Shown here: in pieces, positions 25,832-36,212 of the stretch
Numbering within the stretch: position 1 is the stretch's first letter
Layout of the letters: the number at the start of each line of letters is the position of its first letter
Assembly: GCA_049472335.1 (NCBI GenBank)
Contig: JBLIRO010000030.1
Location: forward strand, 1-56,697
Length of the DNA: 56,697 bases
Origin: a bacterium
Lineage (GTDB): Bacteria > SZUA-182 > DTGQ01 > JAFGSM01
Direction: 5' to 3'
The notes under the pieces: model-generated
Seen by the model: only the letters and a program-made list of their open reading frames with translations
Databases searched by the model: none
What the model was told of the DNA's origin: nothing
Made by a program: the position numbers and the translations under genes

Positions 25832-25897
25832 ATCCCCTCAAGTCCCCCCCTCATTGGATAGCCTTCTTCTCATTTTTTGAAGGCTATCCAATAGGGG
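25832..25897 (+). ncRNA. Conserved C-rich leader plus long hairpin, copy 2
   Basis: ATCCCCTCAAGTCCCCCCCTC then ATTGGATAGCCTTC-loop-GAAGGCTATCCAAT-AGGGG. Confidence 0.45.
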
Positions 25898-26001
25898 AAA
25901 TACGGATATCATAATAAAGAATTTATCAATATAAACTATTCTTTTAAAAATCTTCAACAATTACAGCCAATGGTAAAAAGGTATGTATTATTATTTCTAA
26001 A

Positions 26002-28299
26002 ATGATTGGTATGTTTCTTAATAAGAAAGAGGAAAAAATCAAAATTTTAGTAATGTCTTTCCTCGTTACTATATCGATAATTTCAACATACTATTTTCAT
26101 CTGGTCTTCCACACTACAGCCATGTTCACTCATTTCTTTTATATACCAATTATTTTAGCATGCATTTGGTGGAATAGAAAAGGAATAGTTGTACCCATCT
26201 TATTAGCGGCAAACCTTCTTTTCAGCCATGTCTTTTATGAATGGCACATCATGGACAGCCATGATGTTCTAAGGGCTTTTATGTTCATCGCTGTTTCGGT
26301 TTTGGTTATTAGGCTGAGAGAAAAAAATGTTGAAGCACAAGAGGAAACCAAACTTGCCTATGAAAAAATCAATCAGATTTTTCGTACCACAGGCAACGGA
26401 TTGCGGGTAATCGACAGGAATTATAATATGCTTGAATTCAACGATAGCTTTCTAACATTATTGGGAATCAACAAAAAGGAGGCAACAGGGAAGAAATGTT
26501 ACGAGGTGCTTAAGGGGCCCCTTTGTCATACTGCCAATTGTACGCTTAAACGTGTCCTTGAAGGCGAAGAGCGTGTTGAATGCGACATAGAGAAAATATG
26601 CAATAATGGCCAAAAAATATTCTGTATTCTAACCGCTACCCCACTTAGAAGCTCAAGTGGTGAAATTATCGGAATTGTTGAAGACCTTAAGGATATTTCC
26701 GATCGAAAGCTCACGGAAGAGGCTCTGCGTGAGAGTGAACAGAGATACAGGTCATTTGCAAAAAACTTCAAAGGTATCATACACCAGGCTGATATAAATT
26801 TTAAACCCATTTTTTTCCATGGGGCTGTCGAGTCAATCACAGGTTATACTGAAGAGGACTTCATCGCAGAAATGCCCAGGTGGGACCAGATTATTCACAA
26901 GGATGATTTAACCTCAATTTATGAGATATCAAGAAGATTAAAAACAATCCCGTATTTTTCTACGGAGAGGGAATACAGGATCTTATGCAAAGATGAAAAA
27001 ATACGATGGGTTGAGGAAATTATCCAGAATACATGTAATGAATTTGGGGAACCCGTGCTAATTCAGGGTGTAATTTATGATATAACGGAACGTAAAGAGA
27101 CGGAGCAGGCCTTATTAAAGAGTGAGGAAAGGCTTCTTCAGGCACAAAAGATGGATGCAATCGGAAGGCTGGCAGGCGGGATAGCCCACGATTTCAACAA
27201 TCTTCTTACCGTTATTACCGGTAACAGCGATCTTCTTTTACACGAACTTGATCCGAATGACCCAAGACGTAATGACATTATGGAAATCTATAAGGCGGGA
27301 GAACGCGCCACAGAGCTGACCCGCCAGCTTTTGGCTTTCAGCCGAAGGCAGATGCTTCAACCTAAGGTGCTGGATCTGAATTCAGTCGTTACCGAAACAG
27401 AAAAGATGCTCAGACGTATAATCGGTGAGGATATCAAATTAGTCACTGTTAATGAACCCGCAAAAGGGCGTGTGAAGGCGGATCATGGGCAGATTGTTCA
27501 GATTATTATCAACCTTGCAGTGAATGCACGTGACGCAATGCCCCAGGGAGGCAGACTTACAATCAAGATAGAAGACGTAATATTAGACGAGGATGCATCT
27601 AAACAAATCCCGGAAAGCCGTCCGGGAAACTTTGTATGCCTCTCCTTTGAGGATACAGGTTTTGGCATGGAGAAAAACACACTTAATCAGATATTTGAAC
27701 CTTTTTTCAGCACAAAAGGTCCCGGGAAGGGCACCGGACTTGGTTTGTCAACTGTTTATGGTATAATTAAACAGCATAACGGATTCATAAATGTATATAG
27801 TGAGCCTGATCACGGCTCCATATTCAAGGTTTATCTGCCTGCTTTATCAGTAGAGCATGAAAGCAAATCCAAAGATTCTTTCCTGCTGGATGAATTTAAA
27901 GGAAATGGCGAAAAAATTCTTCTTGTGGAGGATGAGGAAGGGGTCCGTAAATTTGCTAAAAAGGCCTTGATTAAAAATGGATATGAGGTTATTGAGGCTG
28001 CAAACGCTCGGGAGGCTTTGGAGCTTTTTGATAAAGAGAGCGGAAACTTCAAACTGGTATTGAGCGATGTAGTCTTGCCTGACCAGGATGGCATTCAACT
28101 GGCTGACCAGTTGACATCCAAAAACAACCGGCTGATTGTTGTCCTGAGCAGTGGGTATAGTGATCAAAAATCGCAGTGGCCTTTGATATGTGAAAAAAAT
28201 TTTAAGTTTCTTAAAAAGCCTTACACGACATTTTTACTGTTACAGACTGTTAAAGATGCCCAAAAAAATATGGACAGAATAAGCAACCAAACATTTTAG
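26002..28299 (+). CDS. Membrane hybrid sensor kinase (TM-PAS-PAS-HisKA-HATPase-REC; CckA-like)
   Basis: N-terminal TMs, GKKCY..L....C...C PAS, DITERK, AHDFNNLL, NARDAMP, GTGLGL and a C-terminal REC with LSDVVLP. Confidence 0.92.
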   Translation: MIGMFLNKKEEKIKILVMSFLVTISIISTYYFHLVFHTTAMFTHFFYIPIILACIWWNRKGIVVPILLAANLLFSHVFYEWHIMDSHDVLRAFMFIAVSVLVIRLREKNVEAQEETKLAYEKINQIFRTTGNGLRVIDRNYNMLEFNDSFLTLLGINKKEATGKKCYEVLKGPLCHTANCTLKRVLEGEERVECDIEKICNNGQKIFCILTATPLRSSSGEIIGIVEDLKDISDRKLTEEALRESEQRYRSFAKNFKGIIHQADINFKPIFFHGAVESITGYTEEDFIAEMPRWDQIIHKDDLTSIYEISRRLKTIPYFSTEREYRILCKDEKIRWVEEIIQNTCNEFGEPVLIQGVIYDITERKETEQALLKSEERLLQAQKMDAIGRLAGGIAHDFNNLLTVITGNSDLLLHELDPNDPRRNDIMEIYKAGERATELTRQLLAFSRRQMLQPKVLDLNSVVTETEKMLRRIIGEDIKLVTVNEPAKGRVKADHGQIVQIIINLAVNARDAMPQGGRLTIKIEDVILDEDASKQIPESRPGNFVCLSFEDTGFGMEKNTLNQIFEPFFSTKGPGKGTGLGLSTVYGIIKQHNGFINVYSEPDHGSIFKVYLPALSVEHESKSKDSFLLDEFKGNGEKILLVEDEEGVRKFAKKALIKNGYEVIEAANAREALELFDKESGNFKLVLSDVVLPDQDGIQLADQLTSKNNRLIVVLSSGYSDQKSQWPLICEKNFKFLKKPYTTFLLLQTVKDAQKNMDRISNQTF

Positions 28300-28316
28300 A
28301 ATTTGGAGGTAAGATT

Positions 28317-28517
28317 ATGTTTATCAAAGTAAAATACCCTGGCGGGAGATATGATGAGGTGAAACCCTGGCTCCTCGATGAAATGATTTTAAAGGGAAGT
28401 ATACACTCTTTTCAAAGATCAACAGGATGGGTCGTTATAGGCAAATATAATATCAGAGGTATGGGGGGGAAATATAAGGGGCGAGAAAGAAGGCAGGCAG
28501 ACAATCAAAATCATTAA
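28317..28517 (+). CDS. Small GSU3473-family-like protein
   Basis: M.I.V.Y..G.YD.V....LD.....I..F.RS.GWV.IG...R......Y.G.ERR pattern; GGAGGT RBS. Confidence 0.7.
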   Translation: MFIKVKYPGGRYDEVKPWLLDEMILKGSIHSFQRSTGWVVIGKYNIRGMGGKYKGRERRQADNQNH

Positions 28518-28522
28518 AGATT

Positions 28523-28550
28523 GATGTACATATCAAGATGTACATATCAA
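28523..28550. repeat. 14-bp tandem repeat between convergent genes
   Basis: GATGTACATATCAA x2. Confidence 0.85.
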
Positions 28551-28562
28551 AAAAGTCAAAAA

Positions 28563-29798
28563 TTATTGATGTATTTTGTTAAAGTAAGGTGGGTTTGTAG
28601 CCAATAAATCCTGATACATTCCTTCTATCTTTTGCATCATTACATTAAGTGAATATCCCTGTGCCATTTTTTCACCTCTTTGCCCCATTTTCTCCATCTC
28701 GTCCGGTCTGTCTGCCAGTATAAGGATGGCCTCTGCCAGGGCTGAAGCATCAGATGGTGGCACGAGAAGCCCGTTTACTCCATCGTTTACCAGGTCCGGT
28801 ATTCCGCCCGTTCGGGTCGCTACAACGGGTTTCCTGAGGGCCATGGCCTCTACGAGAGACCTGCCCATTCCTTCATTCAGGGACGGAAACACAAAAATCT
28901 TAAAAAGATTTAAAACGGGTATCGGGTCCTCTCTCCAAGGGATAAACCTTATTCTATGGGAGATTTCCCATTCCCTGGCCTTCTCCTCCAGCTCTTCTTT
29001 CAGCGGCCCGGAGCCTAAAAAGCAAAAAAGGGCATTGGGCTTCCTTTCAAGGATCTCCCGGCTGGCTTTCAAAAGGATATCATGGCCCTTGACCTTCACA
29101 TGCCTTCCCACTGTCCCTATTACCAGATCATCCTTTTTTACATCTAACTCCTTTTGCCATTCCTCGGAAACATACTGAAAAAAGTCCCTTTTCATTTCAT
29201 CCAGATCCACACCACTGGGACAGACAAAAAATAAGTGCTCAGGTGCTATTTTGAGCTGTATATGGTCATCCTTTTCCCCTTCCGTCAGACAGATGATTCT
29301 TCGGGTAATAGAGGATGTGAGTCTCTCCGCCCATTTAAAAAAGGTCCTTTTTATTATACCGAAATACCCATAAAAGATATGTCCGTGCGGTGTGTGACAT
29401 ATTATGGGAACATGATTAAAAAAGGCTGCCCATCTGCCCAGTATACCCGCCTTTGATGTATGGGTGTGCACGATTTCCGGTTTTAGGTTCCGGATAGTTA
29501 TAAACAGCCAAAAAAAGGCCATAAGATCATGATACAAGGAGATTCTGCGATAAAGATGGGGGCAGACCATCACCTTCACGCCATTCTCCACAAGTCTTTC
29601 CAGTTCGTAGTATTTTGTCTCCCTCTCCCGCGCCGACATTTCGGATTCAATAGTGGGCCCGATAATCAGCACAGGCTTAAACTTATCCCTATTCAAATTC
29701 TTTACTGTAAGATAAGTATTTTCTGCGGAACCTCCCTTGTCCATACGAGTAATTATATGGACACAGGTTACTCGCCCTTGCATTTTATTTAATTCCAA
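28563..29798 (-). CDS. Glycosyltransferase family 4
   Basis: GGSAEN, VHTHTSKAGILGR, PSLNEGMGRSLVEAMA. Confidence 0.9.
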   Translation of the reverse strand: MELNKMQGRVTCVHIITRMDKGGSAENTYLTVKNLNRDKFKPVLIIGPTIESEMSARERETKYYELERLVENGVKVMVCPHLYRRISLYHDLMAFFWLFITIRNLKPEIVHTHTSKAGILGRWAAFFNHVPIICHTPHGHIFYGYFGIIKRTFFKWAERLTSSITRRIICLTEGEKDDHIQLKIAPEHLFFVCPSGVDLDEMKRDFFQYVSEEWQKELDVKKDDLVIGTVGRHVKVKGHDILLKASREILERKPNALFCFLGSGPLKEELEEKAREWEISHRIRFIPWREDPIPVLNLFKIFVFPSLNEGMGRSLVEAMALRKPVVATRTGGIPDLVNDGVNGLLVPPSDASALAEAILILADRPDEMEKMGQRGEKMAQGYSLNVMMQKIEGMYQDLLATNPPYFNKIHQ

Positions 29799-31036
29799 TT
29801 TTTGCAGGACTCGATTACCTCCTCACATTCGGTCTCCCACTGTTCCAAAATTCTAGGCCAGGCATATTTTTTCACTGCCAGATTTCTGCACCTTCTGCTT
29901 ACTTCTTTATATTCATCATGATGCTGTATGAACCATCCCGATCGATAGGCAATCTTCAATGAAAGCGCCTTGCTTGAATAATCCTCACATAGCCATCCGC
30001 TGCCAACCTGATTTAGGATCTCCGGTGTTGCTCCAACCGGCGTAGCAATGACAGGTAGACCTGTCGCCAGGGCCTCCAGTGTTACCATCCCAAAACCCTC
30101 CAGTTTTTCTGTGGGCAAGATAAAAAAATCGGCAGCCTTATAGAATTTCGGAAGATCCTCTTGTGATATGTGGCCTGAAAAGGTAATGCTGTTTTCTATC
30201 TTTTGATCCACGGAGAATCTTTTGAGTTTTTCCCCAAGATCCCCTTTCCCTCCTATAACCAAATGGACCTTTCCCCTTATGTCTCCAAGCTCCACCATAG
30301 CCTTTATCAGATTCATAAGTCCCATTCTTTGCCTCAGATTTCTGACAGTAAAAAGGATGATCTTTCCTTGAGGCAGTCCCAGCTCTTGTCTTATAAAATC
30401 CCTATCCTTAGGGGGGGAAAAGACCGCCGTGTCAACCCCTCCCGGGATGATTACGGATTTATTGGACATTCCGTGGGTACTTTCCAACTGCTCCTGCATA
30501 AATTTGCTCAGGACTATTATCCTTTGACATCTTTTCAACACCCTGTCCTCGATACAGTCCTTTATCCTTTTCTGAAAAAGAAATCCGGGATTAAACATAT
30601 TGAGCCATTTAAAGGACCGGCCGATTCGAAATTCCTCTCCCCATGGTGAATGAAAATTATAGATCCATGGGGTCTCTCTGACAAAAGAATGGTTGATGGC
30701 CTCCAGGGCAACAAGCGGCTGATGAAGGATTATAAGGTCCAAAGCATTTACCTCTCCTTCAAGGGAATTCAATATTTTTCTTATTTTTGGCCTCGCAGAA
30801 AAATTATAACCTGTAAATGTCTTTCGGGGCAGGTTATACCGGAAAACCTCTATCCCGTCTACGGCTTCCCGATCCGGCAGTTCAGGCCTTGCCCTCCTGG
30901 TAACAAGCATAACTCTGTGGCCTTTTTTCACAAGCCCCTGGGAGGAATGATAGGCCATTTTATTGGCCCCCCCCATACTGTCAGGATAGAAAAAATCACT
31001 AAAAATAAGAATCTTTAGTTGTTTACTGTTTTTCAT
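29789..31036 (-). CDS. Glycosyltransferase family 4
   Basis: FYPDSMGGA, EGFGMVTLEALATGLPVIA. Confidence 0.9.
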   Translation of the reverse strand: MKNSKQLKILIFSDFFYPDSMGGANKMAYHSSQGLVKKGHRVMLVTRRARPELPDREAVDGIEVFRYNLPRKTFTGYNFSARPKIRKILNSLEGEVNALDLIILHQPLVALEAINHSFVRETPWIYNFHSPWGEEFRIGRSFKWLNMFNPGFLFQKRIKDCIEDRVLKRCQRIIVLSKFMQEQLESTHGMSNKSVIIPGGVDTAVFSPPKDRDFIRQELGLPQGKIILFTVRNLRQRMGLMNLIKAMVELGDIRGKVHLVIGGKGDLGEKLKRFSVDQKIENSITFSGHISQEDLPKFYKAADFFILPTEKLEGFGMVTLEALATGLPVIATPVGATPEILNQVGSGWLCEDYSSKALSLKIAYRSGWFIQHHDEYKEVSRRCRNLAVKKYAWPRILEQWETECEEVIESCKNWN

Positions 31037-31061
31037 TTTTTATATTCTTTCATAAAATCCA

Positions 31062-32783
31062 TCAATTTTCAGAATCAATGAAAATCCTCTGCCACACCTC
31101 CAATGTTATCAAGCCCCAAAGCTGAAGGGAAAGGTCTTGCTTACCCGAAAGATGCGCCTCAATGATCCGGCGGATCATCTCCGGATCGAAGATCCCTCTC
31201 TTTTCTATTGATTTGCGGTCCAAATAGCTATCCAGCAGGCCCTTTAAGGGACCTCTAAACCAATGTCCCATGGGAAGGGTAAAGCCCTGTCTCTTTTTTT
31301 TTAATACCCATTCCGGCACTAAGCCTTTGACAGCCTTGCGCAGGACGACCTTGCCGGTCTTTCCTTTTATTTTCATTGTTAGCGGAATCCTGGCTGCACA
31401 TTCAATGATATCGTCACTGCACAAGGGAAGATCCAACCATATATCATGATGAGCGGCCAGGGTTGTTGTCATGGAAACAAGATCGTCACAAAGCCATATG
31501 AACAAATCCGTCAGGAACTGTTCCTCATGAAAGGCATCCCTGTAAAGGTCCGAATAAAAATAGTTTTCTGTTGATACATATCCAGGAAGAAGGAGCCTGT
31601 TTAATTGATCATGAGCAATGTAGGTATAAAGATCTATATAACGGGAGATGACCTTGGGTCGTCCCACCACGCTTCCCTTATCGATTCCGCCGAAAGGGAA
31701 AAAGGGGGCCCTCATTAACGAGACTGCCTTTCTCGATATGAACCAATACCTGGCAAGGATGTGTTTTATGTGCCCGGCAAAGACCTCATCACTTCCGATA
31801 CCGGAAAGAAGCCTGTCCACTTCGTTTTTTGCCTCTCTTGCAACAGCGAAGGTGGCGAGACTGGATGGATTCCCCACTGGGAATTCGAGACATCGGGTAA
31901 CATCCCAGAGCAGATCAGGCACATCTTCGGGCCTTATAATGATCTCTTTGTGCCGGGTCTTAAAATGGGCTGAAACCGCTTTTGCCGCTGGTCTTTCATC
32001 ATCTATTCCATCAAAGCCCGCGGTAAATGTTACCGGAGGGATACCCTCCTGGGCGGATATACTACAAAGCAGAGAAGAATCAATACCTCCGCTTAAAAAA
32101 AGCCCTGTTTTTTTGTCAGATGATTGGATTTGGGGAGTTATGCATTCGTCGATCAGATATTTTATCTCGGATACTGCCTTTTCCTCTGATTCAATTTGCG
32201 GATCAAACTCCGGAGACCAGTATCCATCGATCTTTAAACTGCCTTCGGACAGGACCAGACATGAAGCAGGCGGAAGAAAAAAAATCCCCTGGACAAGGGT
32301 TTTATATGAAGGTTGATGGAGAAAGCAAAGATATCCATTCAATGCTGACACATCAAGCTTTGATTCCTGGGAATGCTTCTTTTTTGATTCTATAAGTTCA
32401 TTAAAATTGGTGGACCACTCAAACGAGCTGCCGTCATAAGAATAATAAACCCTGTGACTTCCAATTCTATCCGAGATCATGGTTATCTGAGGAGGGTTTG
32501 TCAGGGAGGGAGATTCTTCATAGATTACAATCAGCCATCTTCCTTTTAATGATACAAGGGCATCCGTTTCGCCCGATATATATGCCTTTATCCTTTCCAC
32601 AAGATCCTGACTTGATTCACCCCTTATAAAGACAGAATATATACGGGCATCCCGTCCTTCTATATATTCATGCCTGCATGAGAACCGGTCCTGTTGAATC
32701 CAAAAAGAAGGGGAAACCTCCTTATACCCATGTGTCAGGAGGTTTTCGGAAGTCAGTTTATGTTCAGTGAATATGCCTTTCAT
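31062..32783 (-). CDS. Asparagine synthetase-like amidotransferase lacking the N-terminal catalytic Cys
   Basis: LSGGIDSS, SGIGSDEVFAG, R.GF..P...W and LWGLITLEVW.R tail; N-terminus is MKGI rather than MCGI. Confidence 0.8.
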   Translation of the reverse strand: MKGIFTEHKLTSENLLTHGYKEVSPSFWIQQDRFSCRHEYIEGRDARIYSVFIRGESSQDLVERIKAYISGETDALVSLKGRWLIVIYEESPSLTNPPQITMISDRIGSHRVYYSYDGSSFEWSTNFNELIESKKKHSQESKLDVSALNGYLCFLHQPSYKTLVQGIFFLPPASCLVLSEGSLKIDGYWSPEFDPQIESEEKAVSEIKYLIDECITPQIQSSDKKTGLFLSGGIDSSLLCSISAQEGIPPVTFTAGFDGIDDERPAAKAVSAHFKTRHKEIIIRPEDVPDLLWDVTRCLEFPVGNPSSLATFAVAREAKNEVDRLLSGIGSDEVFAGHIKHILARYWFISRKAVSLMRAPFFPFGGIDKGSVVGRPKVISRYIDLYTYIAHDQLNRLLLPGYVSTENYFYSDLYRDAFHEEQFLTDLFIWLCDDLVSMTTTLAAHHDIWLDLPLCSDDIIECAARIPLTMKIKGKTGKVVLRKAVKGLVPEWVLKKKRQGFTLPMGHWFRGPLKGLLDSYLDRKSIEKRGIFDPEMIRRIIEAHLSGKQDLSLQLWGLITLEVWQRIFIDSEN

Positions 32784-32845
32784 AAATATTTTTCTATCTC
32801 AACGACTTTTTTATTGTTTAAAAATGCAGGTTTTTTTCAATACTC

Positions 32846-33772
32846 CTAAATATAATCCTGTTTCAAGGTTAGGATTCCCAGGCAGAAACCGGCTAAATAG
32901 GATACCTGTGTTATAAAATATAAAGGCTTACCCTTTAAAAGAGAAATGAAAAGATTTATATGATTGCGGGCGAAACGATAAATAATCCCCCTTTGAATCT
33001 TCCCGGGATTTGAATGACTCCGGGTCAATTCCAGGACCCATTGCGGATAAAATTTCTGACAAAAGGCAGCCCCTTTCCCGTTTCTAAAAAACTGTCTTAT
33101 CATGCGGTATAGACTTGGAGGCGGCAGATGGTGGATCCACGTTCCGGGAATAACCACAACTCTAAATCCATGTTCTCTTACCATATATCGCAAATAGGGG
33201 TCCAGTCCCCTCGGTATCAATTCATTTTCGCCGCCAATCCTGTAAAAAAGGGCCTTTGATATTGCAAGACAAGGATGCTCTGCCATGTCACTATCCGTTA
33301 TTTGGGATACCATTGGAGAACTGCGTCTTGGTATCTGTTTCATGGCAAGCCTTACCAATAAAGATGCTTCTTCGGGAACTACATTGGCTACACCCACAAT
33401 GCCTATATCCGGATTATTATCTATTACACGGACCATGTTTTCGATGACCCTGTTATGGCCCAAACGGGTATCGTCATCCATGGTAATCAGGACCCGTCCT
33501 CTGGCTATCAATGCCCCCAGATTAATGGCCCTGCCCTGCCGATGATCACCGTGAATAACAAGAACCTCCAGGGATGAAAAGGTCTGTCCCTTGATTTGTT
33601 CCAAGAGAACAGGCAGGTATCCGTTACGGTTACCATCCAGGGAGGGGATGATAATAGACACTTCAGGATCGGGAGTCAGGGAGATCCTCTCGACACTTCC
33701 CTGAAATTCCCCATTCGGGTGCCGCACAAAATCTTTTTGTCTTTTATTATTACTTATATTTTTACTTAACAA
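32846..33772 (-). CDS. Glycosyltransferase family 2
   Basis: VSIIIPS, RAINLGA, ITMDDD DxD motif. Confidence 0.8.
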   Translation of the reverse strand: MLSKNISNNKRQKDFVRHPNGEFQGSVERISLTPDPEVSIIIPSLDGNRNGYLPVLLEQIKGQTFSSLEVLVIHGDHRQGRAINLGALIARGRVLITMDDDTRLGHNRVIENMVRVIDNNPDIGIVGVANVVPEEASLLVRLAMKQIPRRSSPMVSQITDSDMAEHPCLAISKALFYRIGGENELIPRGLDPYLRYMVREHGFRVVVIPGTWIHHLPPPSLYRMIRQFFRNGKGAAFCQKFYPQWVLELTRSHSNPGKIQRGIIYRFARNHINLFISLLKGKPLYFITQVSYLAGFCLGILTLKQDYI

Positions 33773-33781
33773 GGCTAACTT

Positions 33782-35077
33782 TTATTCGATGAGATGTAAT
33801 TTCTCAAAATTCCTGCAGGATCCTGAGAAGAAGGGATCTTTAAACTCTTTGATTTCAGGGGCTGATTTCAATACCATGAATCTCTGAGAAACCTTCTGCC
33901 AGGAAAACCTATCGAAGGCAAGATGGTAACAATTGTTTTTTAAACCTTCTCCATCATTGGAGATTTGTTCTAAAAGGGGTGTCAACCGTTTTTTCCATCC
34001 TTCGGGGTAATCCGGATCTATCACTGCTCCGATTCCTTCATTTTGTATTATGTTTGAAAAATCGCCCACTTCAGGACCGATAATTACTGGAAGGCCACAG
34101 ATGAGATATTCCGAAAATTTTAAAGGAGAGGCCACCCGGTTGATAATATTGCGTTTTCTAATCAGAAACCCGCAATCAGCGGAAGATAGATACCGGTCCA
34201 TAAGGGTATGTTCAACAGAAAGCACACGATAATCTTCAGGGTCCAGGCATGACAGGTATTGTTTAAAAAGCTCCCTGTCCGGAGAAAGGACCAATAAAAA
34301 GGCCCTGTCATCGAAATCCTTTATGAGTTTGAAGCAGGCTATTGTTTCCCGGATGCATTGCCATGGGGCACAGATCCCGTTGTATACGAAAACGATTCGG
34401 TCCTCTAAACCCAAATCTCTGCGTATTTCAAGACGTGAATCCGGTCTGTATCCAAAGGTATCCTGATCTGCGGCACAGGGTAAAACAGCCACCCGCACAG
34501 GGGAGATACCATAGTTTTGCCATAAATACTTCCTCATACCTTCCGAAACCACACTAATCACGTCGAACCTTTGAAGGAATCTCTTTTCCAATTGACGAAG
34601 AATCAAGTATTTTAATACAGCGGGACTATTTGATGAATACTTAAACTCTTCGATGATCCCCATCTTTACAAATACTGATCTATAACCCATTATATTACAC
34701 AAAAGTACCACCGGAATGAGTGCCTCACCGCAAAAAAATACAGTTGTTAAACTGTTATCAACCCTTTGGAACAAATAACTAAATATTCTTAAATAACAAT
34801 AGAGCAGTTCATAAAAGCGCCAGATTATCCTGGGAATATAGGGATACAGTTTGATAAAAGGGGCTTTCGAAAATTCAGGAAGAGCTGTCTCTTCCGGGCA
34901 TGAGTCAGTATTGGAGAAATGGACCTGAAAAAATTGAGTTTCTGTCTCCTTCCATATTTGGCCCATATATTTAAGAAAAGAAGAGAGATATATTGCAGTT
35001 CCACGGCTTTTTATTACATCTCCATAGAACAGGAAGATTGCCTTACGTTCGGAATTTGGAGATATCAATTTTATCAC
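33782..35077 (-). CDS. Glycosyltransferase family 4-like
   Basis: ASPLKFSEYLICGLPVI GT-B motif. Confidence 0.8.
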   Translation of the reverse strand: MIKLISPNSERKAIFLFYGDVIKSRGTAIYLSSFLKYMGQIWKETETQFFQVHFSNTDSCPEETALPEFSKAPFIKLYPYIPRIIWRFYELLYCYLRIFSYLFQRVDNSLTTVFFCGEALIPVVLLCNIMGYRSVFVKMGIIEEFKYSSNSPAVLKYLILRQLEKRFLQRFDVISVVSEGMRKYLWQNYGISPVRVAVLPCAADQDTFGYRPDSRLEIRRDLGLEDRIVFVYNGICAPWQCIRETIACFKLIKDFDDRAFLLVLSPDRELFKQYLSCLDPEDYRVLSVEHTLMDRYLSSADCGFLIRKRNIINRVASPLKFSEYLICGLPVIIGPEVGDFSNIIQNEGIGAVIDPDYPEGWKKRLTPLLEQISNDGEGLKNNCYHLAFDRFSWQKVSQRFMVLKSAPEIKEFKDPFFSGSCRNFEKLHLIE

Positions 35078-35142
35078 CTCGCTTGGATGAAATTGCTTAT
35101 TCGGATATCAAAAAAATGTTTTATTAGGGTATAAAAAAAGAC

Positions 35143-36117
35143 TTAGTTTAAATCAATGGGTTGAAGTCGTTTGTATAATTTTTGGTCAGATAGCAGTATG
35201 TTGGAGCCTGTCATTCTTTTTCTTTTTTGAAGGACCTCCGGAATCTGTCTGGAAGCAAGGCAGAGACCTCTCAAGAAGATAAAATCCCTATTAAAAAAAG
35301 AAAATATTAAACGGGCAAAGGTCCAGGCAATGTGTTTTATAATTAGCCTTGAATCCTGTAAATTTTTCCATGTCAATATAAACTGATTTTTTAATCTGAT
35401 AATCTTAAAATAATCCGCCTTAATATTTTTTTCGGTAGTCTTGTGGCTGAAATGATAGGTGACGCTCGCAGGTTCACAAATAGTCCTCCAGCCCCTTTTC
35501 CACGCCCTGTAGCAGACATCCACATCTTCACAATAGATAGGCCGAAAGATGGGATCAAGCCCCTTCAGCTCTAAAAACTTTGTCCTGTCATATGCGGCGC
35601 CGTTTCCCGGTGCATACCAGACTTCTGCAGGATGCCCCGGAGCCTTTTGAGATATACCATCTTCCTGAATATGCCCTGTCAGCCTTCCCCTATGGAATCT
35701 TGGATAATTAAAACTTTCTATTCTCATTTCATTCGAAGGATTGTAGATTTTCGCACACACAGCGAAAACATCGTCTTTATTGAATTGTTCCAACAAAGGG
35801 GTAATAAAGTCTTTTTCAACTTTTACATCATTATCTAAACAGATAACTGTATCGTTTTTTGCGGCCTTTACTCCAACATTCACCGGAATTATACTGTTTC
35901 CGCTGTTAGGGACTATTTTTACCAGTCTGATTGAAGGATATTCTTTTTTTACAAAATCAGCGCTTCCATCCGTACTTCCATCATCTACGATTATGACCTC
36001 ATCCATATCTCCCCGAAAGCGCACTGCATCCATAACAGACGGCAAAAACTCTGATAACAGATCTTTTCCGTTGTAATTTCTAATTACTATAGATGCTTTT
36101 CTGATCGAGTTCTTCAA
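35143..36117 (-). CDS. Glycosyltransferase family 2
   Basis: IIVDDGSTDGS, LDND, YCEDVDVCYRAW. Confidence 0.9.
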   Translation of the reverse strand: MKNSIRKASIVIRNYNGKDLLSEFLPSVMDAVRFRGDMDEVIIVDDGSTDGSADFVKKEYPSIRLVKIVPNSGNSIIPVNVGVKAAKNDTVICLDNDVKVEKDFITPLLEQFNKDDVFAVCAKIYNPSNEMRIESFNYPRFHRGRLTGHIQEDGISQKAPGHPAEVWYAPGNGAAYDRTKFLELKGLDPIFRPIYCEDVDVCYRAWKRGWRTICEPASVTYHFSHKTTEKNIKADYFKIIRLKNQFILTWKNLQDSRLIIKHIAWTFARLIFSFFNRDFIFLRGLCLASRQIPEVLQKRKRMTGSNILLSDQKLYKRLQPIDLN

Positions 36118-36212
36118 AATGAAACTAAACTATTTATTCGTAATGTGTCCACATACAAATGATTTTAACTATTTTTTTTCCTCAATAACCTTATAAACAA
36201 AAATGTTTCCCT

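Noticed and set aside
28523..28550. Tandem 14-mer as a CRISPR remnant or att site
   Set aside because: Only two adjacent copies, with no spacer and no cas or integrase gene; probably a slippage duplication.
31062..32783. Lasso peptide cyclase
   Set aside because: No precursor, B1/RRE or B2 protease nearby; the context is purely glycosyltransferases.
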